From the NCBI RefSeq assembly GCF_018977255.1, contig NW_024704742.1, positions 119,104,001 through 119,168,000 on the forward strand: 64,000 nucleotides of DNA, written 5' to 3'. Source of the DNA: Callorhinchus milii. Its lineage: Eukaryota. The first letter of the stretch is position 1, and each line of letters opens with the position of its first letter. This document shows, piece by piece, positions 39,170 through 53,200 of the stretch. A program made the position numbers and the translations under genes. The notes under the pieces are model-generated. The model worked only from the letters and a program-made list of their open reading frames with translations. It made no database searches and was not told the DNA's origin.

Positions 39170-40424
39170 ACATTTTAAAACAATTGAAAACATCCACTGC
39201 AAAGATCTCCTTGGATGGGAAGAATGGTGTACCTGATGAACCAAGATCTCCATCATCTGAAGCAAGGATAATGCAAAGCTCCCCAGAAGCATGTCAGCCT
39301 GGACTCTGAACTCAAATTGACAACAGGGAGCATGAACCCACTAAAAGGTGCTCTAACCACTTAGCTACAGGACTCCACTTGTCTTAAAATTCAAGATTTT
39401 AAGATGTGCAGATTTTTGAAATTTTTTTAAATTTGTTCTCAATTTGGAGAATCTTTGCATTTGAAAGAGAACTTTCTGCCGTTCTTTTTAAGGCCAAAAT
39501 AAAGTTTATTCTAATTGAGAAACCAACACCAGGAGAGGCTTTTGTTTTTGAAATCCACTTTGGGAAAATATAGGTAAATATTACTCAAAGAAAAAAAAGA
39601 AACAGTATAAGGAAAAGAGACTTATTTTATATTTAATATATACAGTGTTCAAGTAAATTGCAGTTCTGCATTCAGATATGAAACATAACCAAATAATGGC
39701 TTTCTGAAGATCTTTGGTGGTATTGTTTGAGGCAGAGGAATGCTCAAAAGGCTTCCTGTGTATGACTGATACTCGTGTTTTTGGCGAATGGGACAAATAC
39801 TGGGGAGTTTCTACCACAGACTATGTAAAGACAGTTCAGTTAAACCCAGGGAAAGTGCAGAGCAGTATGACGATTGTGCTGAGTCAGAAGGCTGAAACCA
39901 CTGTGACCCTGATCTGGCAGTTGTACGATTGAATCATTCTGTGTTTTATACTGCAGGAAATATTTTTAAGAATAGAAATAATCCTTACAATTGACATAAC
40001 ACCTTATCAAGACTTTTCACAGGATTTACTGGAGGGTTTATTTGTAGGAGAACACATTAGCCAATTTGTGCACAGCAATATCCAACAAGACGTGAAGCTG
40101 TGACGTGAGTGACAAATTTGGAGGATGAAATTTAATTTGCTTTAGAATGGAACTTGCATTATTCCATGACTCTTGATTTGCAATATTCACAAAAGAACAG
40201 GATTTATAAACAGCAAATCTTGGATGTGTCACAAGTGATACTTCGAACTCAGCCTACAAAATGCACAATCATGCTACTTTTCAATGTATTCCATGAAGCA
40301 CTCTGAGGCATCTTGGCGATGTGATATGCCGCTATATATAATGCAAAGATTATATTATGGCAAGTCTCCGATCAGCATCTGAGTGGAGTGGATAGGCCAC
40401 AGCATTTCTGGGATTTGGTGTTTA

Positions 40425-40860
40425 TAATAATAATCCTCACTTTTATTATAGTGGTTTCCATATCTCAAAAACATCTCCGAGTTAAGTTACAAGATATACT
40501 ATAAAGTGGAGTGATTGTGTACCTTATGGGCAAATCCACAGCTAAAAAATTGCATACAGTGATGGCTCGCAAACAGCCCTGAAATGAATGACTAATTTTA
40601 TTTGGGGAATTATTGGCCAGGACACTGGGAGAAAATCTTCACTTTTCAAAGAGTACCATGAGATCTTTTGAAATGGCAGAGGGCACATTGGTTTAATGTC
40701 TCATCCAAATGATGGCACCTTCAACAATGCAGCGCTTACTCTATCACTGCATTGAAGTGTCAGCTGAGACTATTTGAGTTTCAAGTGCCAATGTGAGGCT
40801 CAAACCCACAGCCTTCTAACTCAGAGCTCAGAGTACTTCTGACTGATCCAAGCTAACACT
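40425..40860 (-). mobile_element. Near full-length Deu-domain SINE
   Basis: Tail, core 'ggtttaatgtctcatccaaatgatggcacc', and head. Confidence 0.85.
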
Positions 40861-41837
40861 TAGGAGTTGATACTAAGTCATTCCTGCTTTTTTTATATAA
40901 CAAAATGTGAAAAACAGTTTCCAAATTAAAATTGAATTGAAGAATTTTCCAAAATTCTGCACCACCATACATGTTAAGACAGTAGTCTTAAGACTAAGAC
41001 CATAAGAAATTTGGAACATCGGAAATGTTCATGCTTTTGTTGCCCAGTTGACTACCCCTGGCTTATCTGAATGCAGTGCTACTCGTAAACTGAGAATTGA
41101 ATTAGAATACATTAGGGGTCATCATTGAACTCAAACACTTCCTGTCCTTAGCTTCACTATTAACATACCTTAGAAATTTGGCTTTCTGCCATTCAGACAG
41201 GATAGAGGCAATCAGTCAATGAATAAAATATGATTTCCTTTAGAAATCTATGACTTCATATCTAAATCAAATTAATTTGCAAAGCCTATTTCAATGCAAT
41301 GACTGGATACCAAGGTACCTTTGTATCTGTCACTGCACTGATTATGCCTACAAGATACACAGTCACTACACTTTACAGTAAATCCTGTGAAGTGCTTTGA
41401 GATGTCCTCCCATCGTAAAAGGCCATATAACGAATGTTGCTCCAAGTGTGCTGATTGACCTTCGCTACTCTGCCCAAGTGTCCAGTGTTCATGTGTGAGA
41501 AACTCTTAGCAGGGTTCTCACCATTTCTCAAATGCTCTTGTTATGATTCTGGTAAAGACTAATGAGGGACCAGAAGCAATAACCCCAATTGATTTTAGCC
41601 TTCTTAACCATGGAATGGCTGGAACCAATTTAGCCTCCCCATGCAGAGCTGGCTGAGATCAGTAAACTTAGCATTCGAACCAGTGAGCTCCAAGTCCGTA
41701 AATTACAGTGCTACCCTTTACACCATCAGGGCTGCCAATTGCAATGTTTTTTTTACAAATTCGATACCACATTTCAACACCACATTAAATCTATGAGGAA
41801 ACATTACATTTCACCTGTTTTTTTTTGATTCCCTGGC

Positions 41838-42096
41838 AGGTGAAATCTTACTCCACACTCCTCTGTTTACTTAGCAGTAAGCAGGAACCCTAGTTGTTAG
41901 TCGATTGGTGGATTGCTTTATGGGGGTAATAATCCCTTAAAAAAATACTAATTTGGACACTCAATGACTGTTTGTGGCTGCCACATTTCGCCCACAAAAT
42001 ATACAGTTAATTCACTTTACAGTATATTCTATGAAACTTTGAGACGTCTCAACAATGTGATAAGGCGCTATGTCAAATGCAAGGATTATTATTATT
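41838..42096 (+). mobile_element. Older tRNA-Val-type SINE, head largely lost
   Basis: 'ttactccacactcctctgtttacttagcagtaagcaggaacc' and tail. Confidence 0.85.
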
Positions 42097-42872
42097 TGGA
42101 GAGGGGGAGAATTGAGATGTGATTGTTGGAATATAAATTGAGCAATAAACGAATAATATTTAATTGCATCAACACTGTGTGTCTTTCTAACAGTTTTCCA
42201 TGATATCTCCTGAGTCTATTTCTATTTGTTACAACCAGAAGTTGCTTTGATACAGAAATGTGTAACTGGTTTGTTCCTGCTGAAACAGCTTTAATCTAAA
42301 GTGCTGTGGATATTGCATCTGTGTGTGAAACGGGATTGGCAGGTCAGTCTGGTTTGCTCCATTGACATGTGGAAAGCAGCCAATTTTAATGCTATTATTA
42401 AGCAACTGACACTTCAGGACATCTGCCATTCATAGGCTTTGCATATCTCACAGATATGATGCATATGCTACCCTCAGGGTTACACATTTTGCCTTTGCAG
42501 TCCATTTGTACATTACATACATTTTGGTAAAGGTACATAGAAAGTCCAGGATGCTCTGTTACAGTGATGTAAGCCTTACAGAGAAAATAGCCATCCTATT
42601 CTGTCTCTTCTTAAACAGTGAAGTATGTCATCTCAACATAGCGACTCACACGTATATTGTGACTTTCACCTAAAAAATGTCACAAAGCATTTCACGTAGA
42701 TGGAGTGGAGTCCTGAATAGGTTGGGAGATGGGGGTTGGGGGTGGGGGGAGGAAGCAGGTGCTCGAAAGCACAGTCAAAGAAAGAGATAAATGTCTTTGG
42801 GGGAGGGGGTGTTGAAAGCAAAAGAGAGGGAGTGAGGCGAAGGGATGAAGGAGACAGTTCAAGAGAGGGACA

Positions 42873-43101
42873 AATAATAATAATAATCCTTGCATTTGAT
42901 ATAGTACTTTTCACGTCTTCTAGACGTCTCAAAGCGCTTCACAGAATATACTATAAAGTGAATTGACCGTATATTTGTGGGTGAAACGCGACAGCTAATT
43001 GCGCACAGCAGTGTCCCACAAACAGTCGTGGATTGAAAATGACCAATTTATTATTGTTTTGGAGGGATTATTATTGTGGAGTAAGGAAACTTGCTCAAGG
43101 T
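42873..43101 (-). mobile_element. 5'-truncated tRNA-headed SINE, short-body intermediate type
   Basis: Lacks the internal segment like the young copies but keeps older diagnostics ('agaatatact', 'gtggattg'). Confidence 0.9.
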
Positions 43102-43459
43102 TAAAAACTTGTCCATGATTCTAGAAGCAGAAGGGACCTCGGTTTAATGTGTTATCTGAAGGACGGCATCGCCAACAATGCAGCACTGACCTATCACTGC
43201 ATTGGAGTGTCAGCCTCGATTATGAGCTCAAGTTCCAATGTAGGAGTTGAACCCACTAACCTTCTGACTCAAGAGGCAAGAGTACTACCAACTGAGCCAG
43301 ACTGTACCATTCTGCAGATGAATATTGAGAGTGAAATTTCACCCTGCCTGTCAGGAGGATGTTAAGGGCCCTATTTGTAAAGAGATGGAAGTTTCTTCTG
43401 ATAGACTGAACATCAATCCCTCAAATAAAATTGATCATTGATTTCATAGCTGTTTGTGG

Positions 43460-43692
43460 GATTCGGAGTTCCTCTGCCTCGGCCCTCTCCTCCCCTTCTT
43501 CAAGGTTCATCTCCAGACCTTCCTCTTTGACCGTGCCTTCTGTCAGGTTTCCCCCCACACGCCTCTACACCCTCTGCCCTCCAACCCTCTTGATTCGAAT
43601 CCCCAGCTCGGGGGCAAATCCTTGACTGTCCAGTGCTTCGGGGCGCGCTAGCAACATGAATGGCGTTATATAAATGCAATGTGTTATTGCTG
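43460..43692 (+). mobile_element. L2 3'UTR and tail
   Basis: 'ttcctctttgaccgtgccttc' ... 'ggcgttatataaatgcaatgtgttattg'. Confidence 0.8.
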
Positions 43693-44930
43693 TTTTGTAA
43701 AAGACAATTAAACAAAGGATATTTTCAAAATATTTTTCAGGCATTCGGGGAGAATACATTTAATGCATTTTTAAGTGCTGAAAAATAATTTTCTGGTAAA
43801 GAAATGTAAGGTTTGTTTTAATTTCTATTTGTAGAATAGTGCCTTGGGATAGCCTCCCGACGTGAAAGGGGCTATACAATTGTAATTTTGTTGTTGTTGG
43901 ACAGTAATTGCTTGTGAAATATTTTAATATGACAATTATTGTATTAGGTACTGCATTGGTCTATTATTTATTTTAATAGACTGGGTATCAATTACTTAAA
44001 TTCCTAATATTACACATGTATTTTGCTACTCAATGCTTTCAAGCTTAACATTTTTATAATTCTGTTTCCCTTTAAAATGCCTTGATTCTAATAGTATTCC
44101 CAAAAAGCATGAAGTGTGGAAAGAGGTTTTGTGCTACCTATTTGCACCTAGAACTGTAATAGATAGCTTGGTGAGGTCATTAAGAGGAAGAAGCACAGGC
44201 AATGATGTCAGTAAATCAGGAATAACACCTTTATCAGAGAACTGTATGGGGTTGGAGCGACCGTTACTGCAGGAAGAGAAAACATGTGTGACGGGCCACT
44301 GAGGGAAAGGTTGTGTGATGATGTAGTATTGGTTGGCCTCACAGTGAGAGTGCTGGTCACATTAATAGGAACCGCAGAGAAATGGAGGGGCACTGTCAGG
44401 ACTGCTGGGAAATGGACAAATGAACTGCAGTAGCTTTTCTGTGTGAACTTCAGCAGAGACTGGAGATAGTGTGACAGATGTAACTAGGGCAAAAGTGAGT
44501 GTTAGGGAACTGTTGACAACAACAGCGAAGTATGGCGACAGCTTTGATAGCTGGATGATAGAATACCAGCAACAAAAGAGATCATCGGGACAGGGGAAAC
44601 AGTGAGACACTAACATCTCAACTTTCTGGGCCAGATGTAATATCTAGTATTGTCATTTCCTGTCCTCTGGATCAGATGTTAACCAAGGCCACATCAGCCT
44701 GTCCCGGTGGACGTTAAAGATCCCATCGCATCATTCGAAAAGAGAAGGGAGTTTCTCCCAGTCCCTGGCTAACAATTCCCCAGGTGAAATTGGTCATTCA
44801 CTTCGTTACTGTGTGCAAATTGCCTGTTGCGTTCACCTATACGATACACAGTCACTACACTTTACAGTAAATGCTGTGCAGGCTAACACAGACCTGCTGT
44901 ATGACTCCTGACCCCTCCGAGCCACCACTG

Positions 44931-45259
44931 ATAATAATAATAATAAAAATAATAATAATAATCCTTGCATTTGATATAGCGCTTTTCACGTCGGGAGGAC
45001 GTCCCAAAGCGCTTCACAGAACACACTGTAAAGTGAATTGACTGTATATTTGTGGGCGAACGCGGCAGCCAATTGCGCACAGCAATGTCCCACAAACAGT
45101 CGTAGATTGAAAATGACCAATTTATTATTGTTTTTGGAGGGATTATTATTAGGCGTGTGGAGTAAGGAAACTTGCCCAAGGTTTCGCCCTCTGCCTGGAA
45201 TTGTACTCAGGTCTCTCGCTTGCAAAGCGAGTGCTCTAACCACTGAGCTACAGGACTCC
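44931..45259 (-). mobile_element. Young tRNA-headed SINE (TGC-loop subfamily)
   Basis: Near-identical to the other young copies; long (TAA)n tail. Confidence 0.95.
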
Positions 45260-46329
45260 CCTGAGCTCCTCCAGTTCCTACCCCGTTAATCTCTGCAAAT
45301 CCCTGCCTCAATCCTTCTATCTCACCCTTCTTTACCTATCTTTAAATCACCTACCTCTTCGAGATCTCCCCTCATCCTTCTCCCATTGCTTGGCATCTAA
45401 TCCCACCACTGCGCATTGCTCTGAGATGGTATCCTGTGTGAAGGGCATTATATAAATTCAAGTAGTTTTGGCGGAGTATTTTTTTGAGACTTCGTCCCAA
45501 TGTGAAAGGTGCTATAAAAAACACAATGATTATTACTTTCATTGATGTTCCATCTCCAAGCTCCACCTTAAAGGTAATTTGCCCCGTCCCAATCCCCTTC
45601 ACAGCCACATAATGTGAAAGTGCCGTGGATCCCATCTGCTGAATTAAACAACAATAACTTGCTTTGTGTCCTGCTATAGAGCAGCTCCAGTTATGCCACA
45701 CAATTTGGCAATAAAATCATTTAGTGGAGGCTCTATTACTGTACCTGGGTCTCATTTAGTGTGAGACAGCTTTGATTATGTTTGTGCTGCAAATTTGGCA
45801 CAGGTATTCTTATGTTGAAACCAATATATTTAGTGCTGGCATCGAGGCTCTGCATTCTGACAGTTTGAGGGCGGGAAAATTCCTGAGGGTGTCAATCCAA
45901 AAGCCTATTCAAGATCATAATCTTTGTGCTGTAGTAACGTTTTCTACATACAAAGTTTTAATTTGCAGGGAAAGAAAGGCAGATGGGTAGATGCACACCG
46001 AACCAGCACCAAGCAACCTCGCAATAGTCTCCACTTCAGCAATCAAACTGTTCCCCGGCAACCTGGCCAAATTGTCCCATCTCAAGATTGGGAGTTGGGC
46101 TATTATGGGTCTCTTTCTGTCAATCATTGATCTTTTAGGTTTCCATTAATGTAAAGAGGTCTATAAAGCCATTTTGCCGCCCAAACACAAACACTTTTAC
46201 AGATGTTCACTCCCTCCTTTTAAAATATTGACAAGTGGGCTGAAGAACAAAGCATACCATAGTGTGCCACCTGCCATTGAATTAAGCCCAATCATTGTAA
46301 ATAGCAGGTGTGATTGAGCTCCTGAGGAT

Positions 46330-46545
46330 GGAAATTTGTCATGGTCTTTGCCTTAAGATCAATGTCTTGAAATGGCATCTGAATGTGGTGCAGAATTTTG
46401 GAAAATTCTCAAATGTAATTTTAACTTGGAAGCAGGTTCTTAATACACCATGAAAAAAAATAGCTTCCAAATTAAGATGGATCTTAACAATTTTCCAAAC
46501 TTTTGAGACAATGGTCTTAAAGCTAAGATCCTGAGAAATTATGGT
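46330..46545. mobile_element. Palindromic MITE-like element with long imperfect inverted arms
   Basis: Left 'aaatttgtcatggtctttgccttaagatcaatgtctt...ttggaaaattctc...aacttggaagc' mirrors right 'gcttccaaattaag...aattttccaa...agacaatggtcttaaagctaagatcctgagaaatt'; half copies at ~2815-2890, 27695-27775, 40915-41012, 38820-38852 plus 39379-39450. Confidence 0.75.
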
Positions 46546-46720
46546 CCCCAGATTTCAATTGAGTTTCCCAATTTGCAAATGGTTTCTGGCTGTTAAGGAT
46601 GAATTATCTGAACATTGAAATATCCGCCTCAGAGCCAAAAGTTTGTGAATTTAAGACCCACATTAGCCGAGGATGATACTCCAGTGAAATGATGGAGATG
46701 CCAAATGAGATCTGATTGTT

Positions 46721-47037
46721 GGAGTCCTGTAGCTCAGTGGTTAGAGCACTCGCTTTGCAAGCGAGAGACCTGAGTTCAATTCCAGGCAGATCAGGGCGAA
46801 ACCTAGGGCAAGTTTCCTTACTCCACACGCCTAATAATAATCCCTCCAAAACCAAAAACAATAATACATTGGTCATTTTCAATCTACGACTGTTTGTGGG
46901 ACATTGCTGTGCGCAATTGGCTGCCGCGTTCGCCCACAAATATACAGTCAATTCACTTTACAGTGTGTTCTGTGAAGCGCTTTGGGACGTCCTCCCGACG
47001 TGAAAAGCGCTATATCAAATGCAAGGATTATTATTAA
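46721..47037 (+). mobile_element. Young tRNA-headed SINE (TGC-loop subfamily)
   Basis: A box 'tagctcagtgg', B box 'agttcaattcc', stem ctcgc/gcgag with loop tttgcaa, L2-type tail. Confidence 0.95.
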
Positions 47038-47290
47038 GGTGGCTGTAAGCACAGTTGAAGAGGAAGGTTTTCAGGTGGGACTTGAAAAAGGGGAGAGAGG
47101 CTGCAAGGCAGAAGGATTGAGGGAGAGTTTTCCAGAGTTTCGGGGTATAGTGGCTGAAACCACAACCTCTGATGGTGGGGCGGAGGGTATAAGGGATGAG
47201 CAGGAGGTCAGTGCCAGCCGAGCGGAGGCACCGGGTGGTGGATTGGGGAACGAGGAGGTCGGAGAGTTAGGGAGGTGCCAGAGAGTGAAG
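47038..47290 (-). mobile_element. L2 fragment, same subfamily as 21542-22030
   Basis: Shares out-of-frame peptide SPTSS.PNPPPGASARLA with the 21432-21941 ORF. Confidence 0.9.
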
Positions 47291-47291
47291 G

Positions 47292-47410
47292 CTAGGTAAA
47301 CAGAGGCGTGTGGAGAATGAAATTTGCCCAACATTTCGCTCTACCAGGAATCGAACCCAGTTCCTCTCACTTGCGAGGCGAGTGCTGTAACCACTAAGTT
47401 ACAGGACTTC
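47292..47410 (-). mobile_element. Head of older tRNA-type SINE with CGC loop
   Basis: Minus reads 'gaagtcctgtaacttagtggttacagcactcgcctcgcaagtgagaggaactgggttcgattcctgg'. Confidence 0.85.
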
Positions 47411-49869
47411 AAACAGGCCAATATTTACCACCAACCTAGTTTGAGAGAAAAGCCTTAGAGTTGGCAGTTATTGGGGTGGGTGTATGGGGTGGAAAGTAAG
47501 TGATATTTATCATCCACTTCACATACTGTACCCCAGACTTCCAGAGATTGGAATCTCCCCACCAAACCCAGGGAAATGGATGATCGCTGACCAATGAACC
47601 AGGAATGTGATGTTCCCTTCTCACTGTGGAAATAGATTCTACTATTTCAAAGATTGCAAAGATTACTCTCCTCCATCAAGGAAGATGGATATGCTCGATT
47701 GACAATGAAAATCAACAGATCACTAGGTAGGGCTCCTCCCACAGCAGATTGACTTGCAGAAGAGATACTGTACATATTTGCCATTGGACTGGCAGGGATC
47801 ATATCTTCTTTCCCTGCTCTTCACTTTGATAACAACAGCATAAAAGTAATTTAAAGAAAACACCAGCATCTGCTTTTGTTACTGTGAATCAATTGTACCT
47901 GCCATGCACTGTGACTAACATAGTTTATATAATGGTGCAATTTGTTGCTTGAGCAGGATGGTTTAAAGGGACAGACCAACCTGTATACCACAGTATTTGC
48001 TGTAACGTGTAGTGATTATTTTGTAAGCTAATGGCCATTTGCCTGTTCTTTAGATGGATGCTATAGATTCCATAGGATTAGTGGATACATATTCATGATG
48101 CTCATATTGAAAAAGGGAAGAGAGTTTCTTCTGTTGTCCGTTCACCTCATGGTTGTTTGTGGTTCACTGCTGTTTGTGAAAAGCCTGCCACAGTGTCCTA
48201 CAAAAACAATAACTACACTGGACCTTGGGATGTCCCCCCGACATGAAAGGCACTGTAAAATGTAATTTTATTGTTGTTGTTGTGAAATGTTTTAATATGA
48301 CAAACTACCATAAAGATGTAAGTTTTTTTATTTTTATCTAATATTCCTAAATGGTTTGGGGTAGTGCTATTTAAAAATTATACCTAAAACAATAACAATA
48401 AATACCAGCATAAATAGAAATTTCCATACATACGTGAAACATTTAAGAGTCTGGTTTGGATACTCTTAAGCATGGTAATGGGTTCCCCTGTGTGCCAGGC
48501 ACCCAGCTGACAAACATTCCTCCTCCCCAGTATATGTCAGCAATTTTGCTAACTTTTGTTTAGTCAGCTATGTGACTGATATATGCGGAAACCCATCACC
48601 ATGCTTCAGAGTCTCAAACCACTCTGAGAATTCCACATATGCATACCACATAATCATGAAAATTTCCCTCTATGTGGAATGGAATGCACACTCTCCAGAG
48701 GGATGCCCCCTGCTTAACCTAATTTTGGAAAATATTAGGTGCAGGTCAGCAAGATCCAAGACATAGAGACTCTAGAATGTGGGTTAGGATACTGTTGAAG
48801 TTTAGCCAACTAAAACTGCATAGCTTGACATTGAGAGCGCTGTCTGGCCAGCTTCCTGCTAGGACCACCCATCCATTATGGCTTTAGTTTGCAGGGTTAA
48901 CAGTAGTTGAGTGGCAAGAATCCCTGGCCCTAGTACTAATGTATTGTGGTGATCATTCTCTTCTCATTCTACAATCTTTGAAATCTTCTAGGATAGTCTT
49001 CATCAGATGTTCACCATGGTAATTATTTGTTCTCGTCCAAGTTGATCCTGTCCACTAGTCTAGAGATTCTGAATTGGGAAGGTCTGTTCAGAGATGCCTT
49101 CCAGTATGATACGAGCCTCTTCACTTTCAGACAGCTCTGATGGGTTAGCTATCAAATATGACAATTTAGACAGATTGATTTTATTCTATTCCCCCACCAC
49201 AATCCAGTGCCCCTAATATGAATTTTGGATCTCTACTTTAAATCCAAGTTTGATGAAGACTTTGAAGAACTGGTTCTTTTATGATGTAGCCATAAAAAAC
49301 TAACCTTGTCAATTTTGCACCTTAATTCCCAAGTGTAAAAAGTCTGCTTCAATATTGTAGGGCCCAGGCTATGGTTTTCATAAGTTGTCATATCAGATTA
49401 CAAAAGACAAAAACATTGTGGTACAAGATTGATAATTAAAGCCTCACAATTAGTTAACAAATAACAACTCTCATAGCTAAAATGATGAAGTGGCTGATCA
49501 ACATGAATCCACAATGCACTGGTGTGTGAAATATGCCCAGAAACAATTATTGTGTATAAAAGAATTAAAAACAAGAGTACAATAAGGGTGCAAATCTTAC
49601 TAGTCAGCAAACCAGAACCAAAAACAAAAACAGTGCACAATGGAAATGTGGTACAAACTATGGCCCTTATGTGCATGTATATTTTTAGATACAAATGGGA
49701 TACACTTGCCAGAAAAAAACATGTGCAAAACAGTTTTGGTAGTGTGGGGTAGGAGAGTTTTGAAGCACAACTACCGTGTGCTCAAAGTGGACCTGTGTGA
49801 AGTGTTTTCACAACATTGAAGCAAAACAAGTACAGTCTATTGCTTCGAGCTAGTAAAGATAAAAGTTAC

Positions 49870-50260
49870 AAAGCTATTAAGTTGCATTAGGATAAGAGTA
49901 TAGATCTAAAATAGTTTGTACTGTTGCTGTATTATACATTGGTCAAACTCCATCTGGAATACAGTGTGACATTTTGGTTACTTAATCTTAGGAATGATAT
50001 TGTAGGGCAAGCAACCAAGATGAGGCTGGTCATAAGAATCTAAGTAATGATAAAAGATTGAGAATGTTTGGTTTGTCTCTTTATAAGAGAAGAAACTACA
50101 AGCTGATCTTCAGGATGTTTTCAAACCTAAGATTAACAGGATTGTGGGGATATGGGGAATGAAGACAGAAAATACAAGTTATAAATTGGGAATTTAGGAG
50201 GAAGGAAAAAGGGTAACATACTTCTGTAATAAATTACTAGAAAAGACCTGGAATAAATTA
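49870..50260 (+). mobile_element. Very degraded CR1 ORF2 C-terminal remnant
   Basis: 'tattatacattggtcaaactccatctggaatacagtgtgacattttggtta' resembles CR1 LY..LVRPHLEY....W. Confidence 0.6.
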
Positions 50261-53200
50261 AAATAAATTAAAAGAGAGGGCCATTCAAAGAGAGTATAAA
50301 TGGCTTCTAGAGGCAACACGTGAAGCTATTTACAGCACTCCAAGATACTATCACGCATGAAGGGCATTACATAAATGATAGTTGTTGGTGAAGAAGAGTA
50401 CTATGTAATTGCAAGTTGTTGTTGTTTATCCTGCATGTTTATTGCTCCCTTGACTCCACCATGAGGGGCTGTGCATTCAGTCACTGTGCCCAGAAACTCA
50501 ATCCCTCCACATTGCCTTCCCTCCCCCTTTTCCGGTCTTCAGCTAACACCTGAAGACCTTCCTTTTTGACCATGGCCTCTCTCCCCGCTCAGTGTTAAGC
50601 TCCACCACTGTTAAGTGCTCCAAGACGTGACTTCCCGTGAAGGGCACTATATATATGCAAGTTGCTGTTGAAAAGCTAAAAGGGCCAATTGAACCTGTAA
50701 AAGGTCATTTTTAAGCCTTAAAGAGAAACTTGGGAGATTTGTGTGGATCAGTGGAGGCCCTTTGATAGCTGCGATGTTTGCTCTAGGGCAGACCTGGTGT
50801 GAGGGAACTTAGGGAAGGCAAGATCTGGGAAGTTGCTGTCAGATTCGTGAATTGAGTTTCTTTTAAGAAAATAAATTTTGAACTTATTTGTTAAAGAGTT
50901 TCAATTTTTTTGGACAGACTTCACTTGTGTTAAAGCTGAAGTTCAGTCTGTGCTGCCAGTTGCCTTTCATGAAATCAAAGTTACAATCTGGGGAAAGTTG
51001 AGTAAAATAACTGTTGTTCAACCAAAAATTATCATATCATCACAGTCTGCATTTTAATAGCAGCAAAGCTATTAGGATATGCAATAGCTGCAGAGACAAA
51101 GGAAGAGCACACAAACAGTATAACCTATCTCGAGAAGAATGATCCTAGTCCAATTTCACAATGGGCTTCAGAAAGCTTTTTTCGGGAAAACGGTAGTGTC
51201 ACTGGTGCCTTGCCAATGGAAAAGGCATATTGTGATGTAAACTGAGTCTTCAGCAAGGAACTGCATGCAAGGCATAGCACGCTAACTTGGGAGAACTCAG
51301 GCTAACAAGTTTATATTTCTCCACATGCATAATTGAGGGAAACTGGTTGCAAATTTGTGGATCCATAAAATTTACAGCACAGAAAGAGGTTCTTTGGCTA
51401 ATCATGTCCTTGCTAGTACCAGCTTTTTCACTAGAGTTCCTCTGCTCAGAAGGGGCAAAATCATCTCTCTCCCGAGCCAAAAAAATCAATTTCTTACTTA
51501 TGTGGAGGCTTTGAAGCAAAGATGCCCAACCGGTTAAAAAAAAATTGTCCAGGGAGATGGACGAATCAATTGGACAAATTGTTTTGCTCCCCAGCAGATC
51601 AACTGGAAGTAAATATTCAACAAGATATACTCCAGGGCTGACATTTTACATAATACATGCCCTCAATTCAAGTTGAAAAAAAGTGTGGCACTGGATCTGA
51701 CAACAGATCAGGAGAGAGGGTGTGACCCCACTCAGTGAACATGAATTAACATTGGTTATAGTTTCAAATTGTACAAATTTGGGGATGGAGGAGTCATATT
51801 CACATTTTTACAAACATATCAACATGTCCCATAAACACGTTTCCGGTGAGAGAAAGGATTGAAGAGCAGGTAGTTGGGTGAAGAACCGTTAAAAGGAATT
51901 GGATGTTGGACCCAATGGCTTTATGTTTCCCTAAAAGTTCTTTGTTCTCTCATGTTAAAAATAATGCGGAAATATGACCTTTGTTTTCTTCCTGACCTCT
52001 TTGCTCACTCTACGTAGGTCATTTTTATTCATGTTGCTTCAGGTCAGTAGCTTTGACCAATGGAAGGCTACACACAGAAAGTTGCACTGTGATTGAATAA
52101 AAGCAGGTGTGGTTCAGGCAGGCTGAGCTGGATGACTCCAGTCTTTTCTCCCTTCGGCTACATTTCCCTATTGCCATTAGTGATTACGCAGATTGAAGTC
52201 TAGGCCAGAATTAATGTTACACCACAATAATGATTAACAGAAACTGAGGTCATGTTAGGATGCAGAATTGAGGAACAATACATGGAGAATATTTCAAAAA
52301 ACATTGTTAATTCCTGTTGGTATTGGATCAAGAAAATCAAGTTGGAGTTGTCCCTATTAATAGTAATCCTTGCATCTAGCACCTTGTCACATCATCGAGA
52401 TGTTTCAAAGCATTTCACATGATTTTGTTTGCTAAGTCACTGTATTTGCAAGCAATGCAGCAGTCAATTTGTGCAAGGCAATGTCCCACAAACAGCCATG
52501 AGGTGAGTGCTGAAATAAGGCCATCAATAATGCACTCAAACTGTAAAGATATCCTGAGAAACAAATCTCTATCAGGTAAAATGAGCCTCACATCAGAGGG
52601 AGGAGAAGAAAGGGAAAAGAGGAGAGAAAAGAGGAAAAAAAGAGGGAAAATAATCCTTGTGTTTGACAAAGCGTCTTTCACATCGAGATGTCTAAAAGCG
52701 CTTCACAGCATTTACAGAAAAATGTGCCACTATCAGCCATGAATTGGATGATCAATTGTATCTGGGGATTGGTGGCTAGCATACCAAGAAGAGTAATCCA
52801 ATTGGACCTTCAAGGTTGATCTGAGCAGGCAGACAAGACCTCGATTTAATGTCTCATCTGATGGACAGGACCTCCAACAATACAGGCCTCTCCCTGCACT
52901 GTATTCTAGTGTCAGCCTATGTGTGTGTTCAAAGTCCCGACATGAGGCTTGAACCCACACATTCTGACTCAGCAATCTAGCCTGGCTAATGCAGGTAGAA
53001 AAAGCAAGATTTTTAAAAATATATACAAAGCCACAAAGGCAATGACTAAGGCCTGCCCTTAAATTAGACAATCATGAAATGTCTAATGTTAAGATTTGTA
53101 AAATGAGTGGCAAGTTTATTATCATTCATGCTGTATTAGCAATCATTTTTCAAATGACAGTGGTCACAAAGTTCAAACCTAGGGGTTTCCTCCAGGATCT

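Noticed and set aside
42724..42749. G-quadruplex motif
   Set aside because: Part of an L2 3'UTR G/C-rich tract; expected
44114..44620. Ser/Thr-rich and other short ORFs in unique sequence
   Set aside because: Frames close quickly; no homology or convincing splice structure
46721..46800. tRNA-Ala(TGC)-like gene
   Set aside because: It is a SINE head running into SINE body and tail, with an irregular T stem and no adjacent oligo-T terminator
46716..47003. Recurrent ORF peptide ...[41 protein letters not shown] in five places
   Set aside because: Lies wholly within the young SINE; recurrence reflects copy identity, and starts and frames differ between copies
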